From an uncultured Intrasporangiaceae bacterium (GTDB lineage: Bacteria > Actinomycetota > Actinomycetes > Actinomycetales > Dermatophilaceae), in NCBI GenBank assembly GCA_964414665.1, contig CAYPYK010000002.1:1-42088 (forward strand): DNA of 42,088 nucleotides, in the 5' to 3' direction. Shown in pieces: positions 1 through 9,094 of this stretch. How positions within the stretch are numbered: position 1 is the first letter of the stretch; every line of letters starts with the position of its first letter. A model generated the notes under the pieces. It searched no databases. It saw only the letters and a list, made by a program, of their open reading frames with translations, and had not been told where the DNA came from. The translations under genes were made by a program, and so were the position numbers.

Positions 1-2192
1 AGCCGGTCGAGCAGGCCGAGCAGCTGCTCGACGTCGGCGAGGTGGAGGCCGGTGGTCGGCTCGTCGAGGACATAGACGCCGCCCCGCTCGCCCATGTGGG
101 TGGCCAGCTTGAGCCGCTGCCGCTCGCCGCCGGAGAGCGTCGGGAGCGGCTGGCCGAGGGTAAGGTAGCCGAGCCCGACGTCGGCGAGCCGCTCGAGCAC
201 CGCGTGTGCAGCCGGCGTGCGCGCCTCGCCGTCGCCGAAGAACGCCTCGGCCTCGGTCACCGACATCGCGAGCACCTCGCTGATGTCGCGGCCGCCGAGC
301 CGGTGCTCCAGCACCGACGCCTGGAACCTCTTCCCGTCGCACTCCTCGCACGTCGTGGCGACGCTCTCCATGAAACCCAGCTCGGTGTAGATGACGCCGG
401 CGCCGTTGCAGGCGGGACAGGCGCCCTCGGAGTTCGCGCTGAACAGGGCGGGCTTGACCCCGTTGGCCTTGGCGAACGCCTTGCGGATCGGGTCCAGCAG
501 CCCGGTGTAGGTCGCCGGGTTGCTTCGTCGCGAGCCCCGGATCGCGCTCTGGTCGACCGACACCACGCCGTCCCGGCCCGAGACCGAGCCGTCCACCAAC
601 GAGCTCTTTCCCGACCCGGCCACACCGGTCACGACGACGAGCACGCCGAGCGGGATGTCGACATCGACCTCGCGCAGGTTGTGGGCGTCGGCGCCGCGCA
701 CCTGAAGCACCCCCGAGGGGGAGCGCACCGAAGTCTTCACCGAGGCCCGGTCGTCGAGGTGCCGTCCGGTCAGCGTCCCGCTGGCCCGCAGCCCCTCGAC
801 GGTGCCCTCGAACACCACCTCTCCCCCGGCCGCGCCGGCCCCGGGGCCGAGGTCGACGACGTGGTCGGCGATGGCGATCGACTCCGGCTTGTGCTCCACG
901 ACGAGCACGGTGTTGCCCTTGTCGCGCAGCTGCAGCAGCAGGTCGTTCATCCGCGCGATGTCGTGCGGGTGCAGCCCGATCGTGGGCTCGTCGAAGACGT
1001 AGGTCACGTCGGTGAGCGAGGACCCGAGGTGACGGATCATCTTCACCCGCTGCGCCTCCCCACCCGACAGGGTGCCCGACGGCCGGTCGAGGCAGAGATA
1101 GCCCAGCCCGATCTCCACGAACGAGTCGAAGGTATGCCGCAGCGCGGCGAGCAGCGGCGCCACCGACGGCTCCTCGAGGCCCCCGACCCACTCGGCCAGG
1201 TCGCTGATCTGCATGGCGCAGGCGTCGGCCATGTTGGTCCCCCTGATCTTCGAGGACCGGGCGGCCGCGGAGAGCCGGGAGCCGCCGCACTCCGGACAGC
1301 CGGTGAACGTGACCGCCCGCTCCACGAAGGCCCGGATGTGCGGCCGCATCGCCTCGACATCCTTGGACAGCATCGACTTCTGGATCCGCGGCACCAACCC
1401 CTCGTAGGTCATGTTGATGTTCTCGATCTTCATCCGGGTGGGCTCCCGGTACAGCAGGTCCCGGCGCTCCTTCTTCGTGTAGTCGCGGATCGGCTTGTTG
1501 GGGTCGACGAGGCCCGAGGACGCGTAGAGGCGGTAGTTCCAGCCACCCGCCGCATAGCCCGGAATGGTGAGAGCGCCCTCGGCGAGCGACTTGCTCTCGT
1601 CGTAGAGCTGGGAGAGGTCGATGTCGGTGACCGAGCCCATGCCCTCGCAGCGCGGGCACATGCCGCCAAGGTGGGTGAACGTCGCCTTCACGGCGTGGGT
1701 CCTGCCCTCGCCCCGCTCGACGGTGATCGCGCCGCTCGCCCGGACCGACGGGACGTTGAAGGCGTACGCGCTGGGCGAGCCGATCTGCGGCTCCCCCAGG
1801 CGGCTGAACAGGATGCGGAGCATCGCGTTCGCATCCGTCACGGTGCCCACCGTCGAGCGGGCGTTGGCCCCCATCCGCTCCTGGTCCACCAGGATCGCCG
1901 TGGTCAGCCCCTCCAGCACGTCGACGTCAGGCCGGGCCAGCGTCGGCATGAAACCCTGGACGAAGGCGCTGTAGGTCTCGTTGATCATCCGCTGGGACTC
2001 GGCGGCGATGGTGTCGAACACCAGTGAGCTCTTGCCCGAGCCGGAGACGCCCGTGAACACCGTCAGCCGGCGCTTCGGGATCTCGACGCTGACGTCCTTG
2101 AGGTTGTTCACCCGCGCGCCGTGCACACGGATCAGGTCGTGACCGTCGGCGCGATGCGGAGCCGGCGAGGGTTCGTCCGTTCCCGGGGCCAT
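1..2192 (-). CDS. UvrA-family ABC ATPase paralogue (excinuclease ABC subunit A-like, short form); C-terminus lies beyond the left window edge
   Basis: This gene is absent from the ORF track because its stop is outside the window. My own minus-strand translation from the ATG (complement of 2190-2192) stays open to position 1. It reads ..[125 protein letters not shown]. That gives two ABC modules plus Zn-finger Cys pairs. Confidence 0.85.
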   Translation of the reverse strand, partial: MAPGTDEPSPAPHRADGHDLIRVHGARVNNLKDVSVEIPKRRLTVFTGVSGSGKSSLVFDTIAAESQRMINETYSAFVQGFMPTLARPDVDVLEGLTTAILVDQERMGANARSTVGTVTDANAMLRILFSRLGEPQIGSPSAYAFNVPSVRASGAITVERGEGRTHAVKATFTHLGGMCPRCEGMGSVTDIDLSQLYDESKSLAEGALTIPGYAAGGWNYRLYASSGLVDPNKPIRDYTKKERRDLLYREPTRMKIENINMTYEGLVPRIQKSMLSKDVEAMRPHIRAFVERAVTFTGCPECGGSRLSAAARSSKIRGTNMADACAMQISDLAEWVGGLEEPSVAPLLAALRHTFDSFVEIGLGYLCLDRPSGTLSGGEAQRVKMIRHLGSSLTDVTYVFDEPTIGLHPHDIARMNDLLLQLRDKGNTVLVVEHKPESIAIADHVVDLGPGAGAAGGEVVFEGTVEGLRASGTLTGRHLDDRASVKTSVRSPSGVLQVRGADAHNLREVDVDIPLGVLVVVTGVAGSGKSSLVDGSVSGRDGVVSVDQSAIRGSRRSNPATYTGLLDPIRKAFAKANGVKPALFSANSEGACPACNGAGVIYTELGFMESVATTCEECDGKRFQASVLEHRLGGRDISEVLAMSVTEAEAFFGDGEARTPAAHAVLERLADVGLGYLTLGQPLPTLSGGERQRLKLATHMGERGGVYVLDEPTTGLHLADVEQLLGLLDR

Positions 2193-2203
2193 GGTCACGG
2201 CGC

Positions 2204-2614
2204 TCAGCGGAGCTCGTTGATCCGCAGCAGGTTGCCCGCGGGATCGCGGAAGGCGCAGTCGCGGACCCCGTACGGCTGCTCGATCGGCTCCTGCACGACC
2301 TCGGCCCCGCCGGCCTGCAGGCGCTCGAAGGTGCCGTCGAGGTCGGGGGTGGCCAAGGTGATGATGGCATAGGTCCCCTTGGCCATCATCTCGGCGATCG
2401 TGCGGCGTTCGTCGGCCGTGATGCCTGGGTCTGCCGCCGGCGGGTGCAGGACGATCGACGTGCCGCTCCGGCCGGCGGGGCCGACGGTGATCCAGCGCAT
2501 CCCGCCGTATCCGACGTCGCCGCGGACCTCGAAGCCCAGCGTGTCGCGGTAGAAGGCCAGCGAGGCGTCCGGGTCGTCATGCGGGAGGAAGGCCGAGTGA
2601 ACCGTGATGTCCAT
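2204..2614 (-). CDS. VOC (glyoxalase/bleomycin-resistance/dioxygenase fold) family protein
   Basis: This is ORF 2204..2812 trimmed to the internal ATG (MDITVHSAFLPHDDPDASLAFYRDTLGFEV..). It is 136 aa with typical VOC N-terminal and C-terminal beta-alpha-beta motifs. It starts 5 nt after the stop of the AraC gene. Confidence 0.85.
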   Translation of the reverse strand: MDITVHSAFLPHDDPDASLAFYRDTLGFEVRGDVGYGGMRWITVGPAGRSGTSIVLHPPAADPGITADERRTIAEMMAKGTYAIITLATPDLDGTFERLQAGGAEVVQEPIEQPYGVRDCAFRDPAGNLLRINELR

Positions 2615-2619
2615 GGCGG

Positions 2620-3069
2620 TCACGCTAGCGGCGCCGCGGCGACCGGCGCTTCTCGGTTCCTGACCGGTCTGGTCACCTGTTTGGCCAGGCACGACGGGAG
2701 CCCCGCCGTCGCTCGCGCCGCCTGGTGCCGGTAGACGCTGGGGGGCACGCCGACCAGCTCGGTGAACCGAGTGCTGAAGGTGCCCAGCGAGGAGCAGCCG
2801 ACCGCGAAGCACACGTCGGTGACGCCGAGGTCGCCACGGCGCAGCAGCGCCATCGCGCGCTCGATGCGCCGCGTCATCAGGTAGCCGTACGGCGACTCAC
2901 CGTAGGCGAGCCGGAACTCGCGGCTGAGGTGCCCGGCCGACATGTGTGCACCGCGGGCCAGCGCCGCCACGTCCAGCGGCTGCGCGTACTCCCGGTCGAT
3001 CCGGTCGCGCACGCGTCGCAGCAGCGCGAGCTGGCGCAGGTGCTGCCCTGCGGCGGTTCTGCTGGTCAC
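2620..3069 (-). CDS. AraC/XylS-family HTH transcriptional regulator, short MarA/SoxS-like form
   Basis: 149 aa with a GTG start. The double HTH signature reads LDVAALARGAHMSAGHLSREFRLAYGESPYGYLMTRRIERAMALLRRGDLGVTDVCFAVGCSSLGTFSTRFTELVGVPPSVYR. Confidence 0.85.
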   Translation of the reverse strand: MTSRTAAGQHLRQLALLRRVRDRIDREYAQPLDVAALARGAHMSAGHLSREFRLAYGESPYGYLMTRRIERAMALLRRGDLGVTDVCFAVGCSSLGTFSTRFTELVGVPPSVYRHQAARATAGLPSCLAKQVTRPVRNREAPVAAAPLA

Positions 3070-3097
3070 CTGCGAAATCGTGCCACATCCGGACGGG

Positions 3098-3514
3098 TCA
3101 GAGGCCCTGGGCCGCGCCCGCCGCGGCCCGCTCCTGGGGGTTGCGCAGGATACAGAACTCGTTGCCCTCCGGGTCTGCGAGGACGACCCAGCCCGTCCCG
3201 GGGCCGAACCTCCCCCGCAGGTCTGCCACCTCGGTGGCGCCGAGCGCCACGAGCCGCGCGAGCTCCTCGTCCCGGGCCGTTCCCTCCAGTGGCTCCAGGT
3301 CGAAGTGGATGCGGTTCTTCACGGCCTTGCCCTCGGGAACCTCGATGAACAGGATCCGGTGGGTGCCCTCGGGGTCGCAGATCATGCACTCCTCGTGCCC
3401 CGGCAGGTTCGGGTCCCCGTCGAGGTCGGCATAGCCCAGCACCTGCTTCCACCATTGCGACAGTGTGTAGGCGTCCCGGCAGTCGACGCTCGTGTGGGCC
3501 ACGCGTGCGGTCAT
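3098..3514 (-). CDS. VOC/glyoxalase-like domain protein
   Basis: This is the C-terminal 138 aa of ORF 3098..4504, starting at ATG 3514 (MTARVAHTSVDCRDAYTLSQWWKQVLGY..RIHFDLEP..GWVVLADPEGNEFCIL). The upstream part of the ORF is R/G/P-rich shadow. Confidence 0.8.
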   Translation of the reverse strand: MTARVAHTSVDCRDAYTLSQWWKQVLGYADLDGDPNLPGHEECMICDPEGTHRILFIEVPEGKAVKNRIHFDLEPLEGTARDEELARLVALGATEVADLRGRFGPGTGWVVLADPEGNEFCILRNPQERAAAGAAQGL

Positions 3515-3568
3515 CCCGGCAGTATGCCGCGTCCCGGCCCCCGCCGGCGGTCGCCTACCGTGGTCGCC

Positions 3569-4408
3569 ATGAGCTCCATACCGGAATATCGGCTGAACGA
3601 CGGGACCACGCTGCCCGCTCTCGGTTTCGGAACCTACCCACTGCGCGGCGACGACGGCATCACGGCCATCCTCGCCGCCATCGAGAGCGGCTACCGGCTC
3701 ATCGACTCGGCGGTCAACTACGGCAACGAGTCCGAGGTCGGCGAGGCGGTGCGGCGCTCCCCCGTCCCGCGCGAGCAGCTCCTTCTCACGACGAAGGTCC
3801 CCGGCCGGCACCACGCCTACGACCTGGCCCTGGGGTCGCTGCGCGAGTCCGCGACCGCCTTCGGAGTCGAGCAGGTCGACCTGGCGCTCATCCACTGGCC
3901 CAACCCGAGCCAGGGCCTGTACCCACAGGCGTGGCGGGCGCTGGTCCAGGCCCAGCGCGACGGGCTCGTGCGCAGCATCGGCGTCAGCAACTTCACCGAC
4001 GCGCACCTGCGCCGCATCATCGACGACTCCGGGGTCGTCCCCGCCGTCAACCAGCTCGAGCTGCACCCGTACTTCCCCCAGGAGTCGATGCGAGGGGCGC
4101 ATGCCGAGCTCGGGATCCGGACCGAGTCCTGGAGCCCGCTGGGCAAGGGCAACGCGCCGTATGCCGAGCCGGCGGTGCTCGCGGCGGCGCAGTCCCACGC
4201 GGTCTCCCCCGCCCAGGTCATCCTGCGCTGGCATGTCCAGCTCGGGTCGGTCCCGCTCCCGAAGTCCGCCACACCGCAGCGCCAGCGGGAGAACCTCGAC
4301 GTCTTCGGGTTCGAGCTGGCCGAGGAGGAGATGTCCGCCATCACCGCCCTCGGCCGTCCCGACGGGCGGCTCTTCGGTGCCGACCCGGACGTCCACGAGG
4401 AGATGTAG
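3569..4408 (+). CDS. Aldo/keto reductase (2,5-diketo-D-gluconate reductase-like)
   Basis: ORF 2942..4408 trimmed to ATG 3569. The sequence reads MSSIPEYRLNDGTTLPALGFGTY..IDSAVNYGNESEVG..LLLTTKV..LIHWP..IGVSNF..NQLELHPYF..ESWSPLG..VPLPKSATPQRQRENL. TACCGT lies 7 nt upstream of the ATG. Confidence 0.9.
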   Translation: MSSIPEYRLNDGTTLPALGFGTYPLRGDDGITAILAAIESGYRLIDSAVNYGNESEVGEAVRRSPVPREQLLLTTKVPGRHHAYDLALGSLRESATAFGVEQVDLALIHWPNPSQGLYPQAWRALVQAQRDGLVRSIGVSNFTDAHLRRIIDDSGVVPAVNQLELHPYFPQESMRGAHAELGIRTESWSPLGKGNAPYAEPAVLAAAQSHAVSPAQVILRWHVQLGSVPLPKSATPQRQRENLDVFGFELAEEEMSAITALGRPDGRLFGADPDVHEEM

Positions 4409-4515
4409 ACCGAGACACCGGACCTGACCCGACCCGCCGCGGTCGGCCCGGTCGCCGGGCGAGGGCACCCGGCCGGACGACCATCTGGTCGGGGCACGTG
4501 CCACTTGGAGGCGAT

Positions 4516-5715
4516 GTGGTGACCTCGACGCGAAGCGCCCGGAAGGCCATGCTGGCCCGGGTGGTCCGGACGGTGTTTCTCGCTCTGGCGTCGTCGGTCG
4601 CCGTCATCCTGGCGCTCATCGTTCTCGGAGCGTTCGTCCCGGCCATCCCGGCGGTCGGGATCGTCGGCTCGATCCTGTCTGGAGCCGCGGGCATGCTGGG
4701 AGTCGTCCTCCTGCTGGCCACGCTCCTGGCCGGGTGGACCGTCATGCGTCGGCGTACCCTCTGGCGCATCCTGCTGCTGAGCGCCACGGCCCTGGGGCTC
4801 GTCGGCTGCATCGTGATGTGCGCGCGACTCATCGCCGTGGGCCACGAGTACGGGGCGTCCGCGGTCGTGTTCGCCGGGACACCCACCGCGTCGCCACCCG
4901 ACCAGGTCGTCCAGTACAGCCAGGACGAGGGAGAGCCGCTGCGCATCGGGATCTGGAGGCCGGCCGGGTCGGCCGACCTCGAGGCCGCGCCGGTGGCCGT
5001 CTTCGTCCACGGTGGCGGTTGGGCCGGCGGTGCACTGACCGATGACGCCCCCGGGCTCAAGCGCGAGATGGCCGACCAGGGCTGGTTGGTGCTGAGCGTC
5101 GGCTACACCTTCGCCACTGCGACCCGCCCGACCTGGGACCTCGCCGAGGCCCAGGTGGGCTGTGCGCTGGTGTGGGCCGCCTCGAACGCCGCGCACTACG
5201 GCGCCGACGCGTCCCGCCTCGTGCTGCTGGGAGACTCCGCGGGGGGCAACCTGGCGTTGAACACCGCCTACCGCGCACGCTCCGGCACCCTCACGCCCGC
5301 CTGCGACGGCGATCTCCCCGCAGTCGACGCCGTCGCCGTGGCCTACCCGGCCGTCAGCCCGTACGGCCTCTACGGGAACCCCGACCCGACCATGGGCCCG
5401 ATGGGCCGCTTCGCGATCTCCCAGTACATCGGCGGCTCGCCCGCCGACTATCCGGCACGATACGAGAGCGTCGCGTCGGCGAACCACATCGACGCGTCGT
5501 CACCTCCGACGCTGGTGATCCAGGGGGAGAACGACCACCTCGTGCTTGCGACGGACGTGTATGACTTCGTCACGGCGGCGCAGGTCGCGGGCGTGAACAT
5601 CACTCTCGTCCGCATCCCCTATGGCGAGCACGGGTTCGACGCGAGCCCGATCGGCAGCCAGCTCTACCGGCAGATCACCCTGAGGTGGCTCCGGGACCTC
5701 GGGGTCGCGCCGTGA
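4516..5715 (+). CDS. Membrane-anchored alpha/beta hydrolase (HSL / family IV esterase-lipase type)
   Basis: This is the C-terminal part of ORF 3463..5715. A GGAGG at 4507-4511 is followed by GTG 4516 or 4519, so the exact start is uncertain. The N-terminus has about 3-4 hydrophobic helices. The catalytic motifs are HGGGW, GDSAGG, ENDHLV and GEHGF. Confidence 0.8.
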   Translation: MVTSTRSARKAMLARVVRTVFLALASSVAVILALIVLGAFVPAIPAVGIVGSILSGAAGMLGVVLLLATLLAGWTVMRRRTLWRILLLSATALGLVGCIVMCARLIAVGHEYGASAVVFAGTPTASPPDQVVQYSQDEGEPLRIGIWRPAGSADLEAAPVAVFVHGGGWAGGALTDDAPGLKREMADQGWLVLSVGYTFATATRPTWDLAEAQVGCALVWAASNAAHYGADASRLVLLGDSAGGNLALNTAYRARSGTLTPACDGDLPAVDAVAVAYPAVSPYGLYGNPDPTMGPMGRFAISQYIGGSPADYPARYESVASANHIDASSPPTLVIQGENDHLVLATDVYDFVTAAQVAGVNITLVRIPYGEHGFDASPIGSQLYRQITLRWLRDLGVAP

Positions 5716-5843
5716 GCGCGAGCGGCCGCGCAGGAACGCCGCCATAGCCAGCTGGTGCCGGGCGTCATGGAGTCCGAACACGCTTGCCCCGGGTTCGGCC
5801 TGCGATCTTGAGGATCACGACACCGACGCTGTGGCCCGCCCGC

Positions 5844-5859
5844 CCGCCGCCGGCGGCGG
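5844..5859. terminator. GC-only 16-bp perfect palindrome between two convergent genes (candidate bidirectional terminator)
   Basis: The sequence CCGCCGCCGGCGGCGG lies in the 190-bp gap between stop 5715 (+) and stop 5906 (-). There is no U-tract. Confidence 0.3.
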
Positions 5860-5905
5860 CAACGCCCCGATGGGCACCGTGCGGCCCGCTCGTGACGCAT
5901 TCCCT

Positions 5906-7369
5906 CTAGACCTGCAAGGACATGACGTAGTCATGGATCGCCCGGGCCGCCGTGCGCCCGGCCCCCATGGCGAGGATGACCGTGGCCGCCCCCGTGACGA
6001 TGTCGCCACCGGCGAACACGCCCGGTCGCGTGGTCCGGCCGGTCTCCTCGTCCGCGACGATGTAGCCCCAGCGGTTGGTGTCCAGGCCCTCGGTGGTGCT
6101 CGTCACCAGCGGGTTGGCCGAGGTACCGATGGCCACGACGACCGTGTCGACGTCGAGCGTGAGCTCCTCGTCGGTGGGCATCGGGCGGCGTCGTCCGGAG
6201 TCGTCGGGCTCGCCGAGCTCCATCCGCTGGCACACCATCTGGCGGACCCAGCCGTCGTCGTCGCCGACGTAGCGCAGCGGGCTGGACAGGAACAGGAACT
6301 GCACACCCTCCTGCTCGGCGTGGTGGACCTCCTCGGCCCGCGCCGGCATCTCGTCTCGGGTGCGCCGGTAGACGATGTAGGCGTTCTCCGCGCCGAGGCG
6401 AAGTGCGGTGCGGACCGAGTCCATCGCCACGTTGCCCGAACCGATGACCGCGACGTTCCTGCCGTGGGCGATCGGGGTGTCGTAGTCGGGGAACCGGTAG
6501 GCCTTCATGAGGTTCGCGCGGGTGAGGTACTCGTTGGCCGAGTAGATCCCCGAGAGGTTCTCGCCCGGGATGTCCATGAACACGGGGGCGCCGGCGCCGA
6601 CGCCGAGGAACACCGCGTGGAAGCCCTCGGCGAACAGCTCGTCCACGGTCTTGAGCCGCCCGATGACCGCGTCGGTGACGATCCGCACGCCCATCCGGGC
6701 GAGTGTCTCGACCTCCGCGTCGACGATGCTCTTCGGCAGCCGGAACTCCGGGATCCCGTAGATCAGCACCCCGCCGGCCTTGTGCAGCGCCTCGAACACG
6801 GTGACCGAGTGCCCCATCTTGACCAGGTCGCCGGCGATCGTGAGCCCGGCCGGGCCGGCGCCGACGACGGCGACCCGACGACCGGTCGACGGCGCGAGCT
6901 CGGGAAGCTCCGCAGCGCCCCGGCCGCGCTCGAGGTCGGCAACGAACCGCTCGAGCCGCCCGACGGCGACCGGCTCGAACCGCCTGCCGAGCACGCAGGC
7001 CCCCTCGCACTGGTCCTCCTGCGGGCAGACCCGCCCACAGACCGCTGGAAGCGCGTTGGTCTCACGCACCTTCTTGGCCGCGCCGAGGAAGTCGCCGTCG
7101 GCGACGAGCTGGAGGAAGGCGGGGATGTCGATGTTGACCGGGCAGGCGCCGAGGCAGCCGGGCTTCTTGCACTGGATGCAGCGCGCTGCCTCGACCATCG
7201 CCGTCTCGGGGGTGAACCCGAGCGGGACCTCGTCGAAGTTCGTGATGCGCACGGCGGGGTCCTGTTCGGGCATGGGCTGGCGGGGCACCCGCACCTTGGG
7301 CTTGCGCGCGCCGCGCGCGGCCCGCTCGCTACGGGCCGGCCCGACCTCGGCCTCGACGTCGTCAGGCAT
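5906..7369 (-). CDS. GltD-like NAD(P)H-dependent FAD / 2x[4Fe-4S] oxidoreductase (NfnB / SudA / small-chain glutamate synthase family)
   Basis: 487 aa. The Cys clusters read CIQCKKPGCLGACP and CGRVCPQEDQCEGAC. The dinucleotide folds read VAVVGAGPAGL and VAVIGSGNVAMD, and the C-terminus has GVFAGGD. Confidence 0.85.
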   Translation of the reverse strand: MPDDVEAEVGPARSERAARGARKPKVRVPRQPMPEQDPAVRITNFDEVPLGFTPETAMVEAARCIQCKKPGCLGACPVNIDIPAFLQLVADGDFLGAAKKVRETNALPAVCGRVCPQEDQCEGACVLGRRFEPVAVGRLERFVADLERGRGAAELPELAPSTGRRVAVVGAGPAGLTIAGDLVKMGHSVTVFEALHKAGGVLIYGIPEFRLPKSIVDAEVETLARMGVRIVTDAVIGRLKTVDELFAEGFHAVFLGVGAGAPVFMDIPGENLSGIYSANEYLTRANLMKAYRFPDYDTPIAHGRNVAVIGSGNVAMDSVRTALRLGAENAYIVYRRTRDEMPARAEEVHHAEQEGVQFLFLSSPLRYVGDDDGWVRQMVCQRMELGEPDDSGRRRPMPTDEELTLDVDTVVVAIGTSANPLVTSTTEGLDTNRWGYIVADEETGRTTRPGVFAGGDIVTGAATVILAMGAGRTAARAIHDYVMSLQV

Positions 7370-8213
7370 CGGCGCGGCACCCCGACCGCTCCATGGCGCG
7401 GCGCTCCTGCGGCAGGTAGGCCCGTAGCCGCTTGGCCATCAGGTCGAAGTCCACCTCGTGCCCGTCGAACTCCGGCCCGTCGACGCACGCGAACTTCGCG
7501 TGCCCCCCGACGCTGACCCTGCAGCCGCCGCACATGCCGGTGCCGTCGACCATGATCGGGTTGAGACTGACGACGGTCGGTATGCCGCCCGGCCTGGTGA
7601 CGCCGGAGACGGCCTTCATCATCGGCACGGGCCCGATGGCGAACACCCGGTCGATGCGCCGCCCGGAGGCGATGAGGTCGGCGAGCACGTCGGTGACGAA
7701 CCCGTGGCGGCCGTACGAGCCGTCGTCGGTCGTGACGTACAGCTCGTCGGCCACCTTGCGGGTCTCCTCCTCGAGGATGAGCAGCTCGTGGCTCCGGGCA
7801 CCGAGGACGGCGACGACCTCGGTGCCCTCGGCCTTGAGGGCGCTCGCGATGGGGTAGAGCACGCCGACGCCGACGCCCCCACCGACGCAGACGGCGGTGC
7901 CGATGTCCTCGAGCTCGGTGGGCCGGCCGAGCGGACCGAGGATATGCCCGATCTCCTCCCCCGGCTCGAGCTCCGCCAGATCGGCCGTGGTGCGACCGAC
8001 GAGCTGGTAGATCAACGTGATCGTTCCGGCCCGGTCGTCGGAGTCGACGATGGTGAGCGGGATGCGTTCGCCGTGGTCGTCGATCATGACGATGACGAAC
8101 TGCCCGGCCCGGCGCTTACGGGCGATCTCGGGGGCCTCGACGACTGTCCTGACGACACTGTCCGACAGGTACGCCTTCTCGGTGATGATGTGCACTGCTG
8201 GTTCGCCTCGCAC
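7362..8213 (-). CDS. PyrK-like FAD/NAD-binding [2Fe-2S] subunit (NfnA / SudB family)
   Basis: 283 aa. Motifs are GQFVIV, RIPLTI, GGGVGVG and a C-terminal CGGCRV..CVDGP cluster. It overlaps the downstream GltD-like gene by 8 nt (ATGCCTGA). The start is GTG 8213, with GTG 8195 as an alternative. Confidence 0.85.
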   Translation of the reverse strand: MRGEPAVHIITEKAYLSDSVVRTVVEAPEIARKRRAGQFVIVMIDDHGERIPLTIVDSDDRAGTITLIYQLVGRTTADLAELEPGEEIGHILGPLGRPTELEDIGTAVCVGGGVGVGVLYPIASALKAEGTEVVAVLGARSHELLILEEETRKVADELYVTTDDGSYGRHGFVTDVLADLIASGRRIDRVFAIGPVPMMKAVSGVTRPGGIPTVVSLNPIMVDGTGMCGGCRVSVGGHAKFACVDGPEFDGHEVDFDLMAKRLRAYLPQERRAMERSGCRADA

Positions 8214-8301
8214 CTGCTGAATCCGTTGGGGTCAGGCGGGATGCACACGACAAGATCGGCGTGCCCTCCGCTTCGGCCAGTCTGGCACGTCAAAGGGGCT
8301 G

Positions 8302-8319
8302 TATGCCCCATGGGGCATA
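8302..8319. promoter_or_regulatory. Perfect 18-bp palindrome TATGCCCCATGGGGCATA in a divergent intergenic region (candidate operator or RNA hairpin)
   Basis: I read this directly and checked it base by base. It lies between the NfnA-like start (8213, -) and the start of the membrane-protein gene (8453, +). Confidence 0.4.
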
Positions 8320-8363
8320 TCACATCCACCCGGCGCGTCACGGGCCTCCCGGGCAGATGTGAT
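8319..8363. other. Imperfect 45-nt hairpin adjacent to the palindrome
   Basis: ATCACATC (8319-8326) pairs with GATGTGAT (8356-8363). CCCGG (8329-8333) pairs with CCGGG (8349-8353). The two stems are separated by a 2x2 mismatch. Confidence 0.3.
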
Positions 8364-8452
8364 GCTGACCACGTCGCCCCTCGCCACCCCCGAGCGGCTC
8401 ACCGACGGCAGTAGCCTCGGAGCACGGGGCGTTGGACGAGGGGGTTTGTATC

Positions 8453-9064
8453 ATGTCCGGTCGAGGTTCCCGCTTCTCCTACCTCCTTGTCGCGGTGGTG
8501 TCCGCCGTCGCCCTGGTGGCGGGGGCCGCACCCCCACCCCAGGCCACGGCGACCGGCTGCCGTGGTCGGGCCGCGTCCCAGACCAATAGCGGGGCTCCGC
8601 TCGACTCGGTGTCGGCGCCCGGTAGTGGCGGGACGGCGAGCGACCCGTTCGACGTGACCTGGACGGGCCTGATCCAATGGTCCGGGTCGAGCACCGATCC
8701 CGTCCAGCACGGCACGTGGTCGGTCGGCATCGAGCCGCTGAGCGGCGGCCTGAGCGGCAGGGCCCTCAAGCTGGCTGTGAGCTCCCTGGCACGCGGGGAC
8801 GTCGCCAACGACTCCGCCAAGGCGAGCACCAGCGGGAGCACCCGGCTCAGCGACCACCTGTCGTTCCGCGGAGCGACCGGCGTCTACCGCGTCTCGTGGG
8901 ACGTGCACGATGCCACGACGACGTGCACCGGGTCAGCGGTCGTCAACATCGCCGGGAACCCCCTGACCACACCGGCATTCCTCGTCGCGCTGCTCTTCCT
9001 GGTGCTGGGGGGCTTCTCGCTGTGGCCGCTGATGAAGATGCTCCTGGGTGGCGGCGGACGATGA
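8453..9064 (+). CDS. Hypothetical secreted or membrane-anchored protein (signal peptide plus C-terminal TM helix)
   Basis: ATG 8453 lies about 10 nt after GAGGGGG. The N-terminus (MSGRGSRFSYLLVAVVSAVALVAGAAPPPQATA) is signal-like. The C-terminus (FLVALLFLVLGGFSLWPLMKMLL) is hydrophobic. I recognise no family. Confidence 0.5.
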   Translation: MSGRGSRFSYLLVAVVSAVALVAGAAPPPQATATGCRGRAASQTNSGAPLDSVSAPGSGGTASDPFDVTWTGLIQWSGSSTDPVQHGTWSVGIEPLSGGLSGRALKLAVSSLARGDVANDSAKASTSGSTRLSDHLSFRGATGVYRVSWDVHDATTTCTGSAVVNIAGNPLTTPAFLVALLFLVLGGFSLWPLMKMLLGGGGR

Positions 9065-9094
9065 GCCACCGACCAGCGAAGGGAGTCTGACGTC

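Noticed and set aside
42-2027. 661-aa plus-strand ORF covering most of the first 2 kb
   Set aside because: The translation is R/G/A/P/H/D-rich with no recognisable motifs. The opposite strand encodes a continuous UvrA-family protein with two Walker A motifs, two LSGGE signatures and Zn-finger motifs. This is a typical antisense shadow ORF in very GC-rich DNA.
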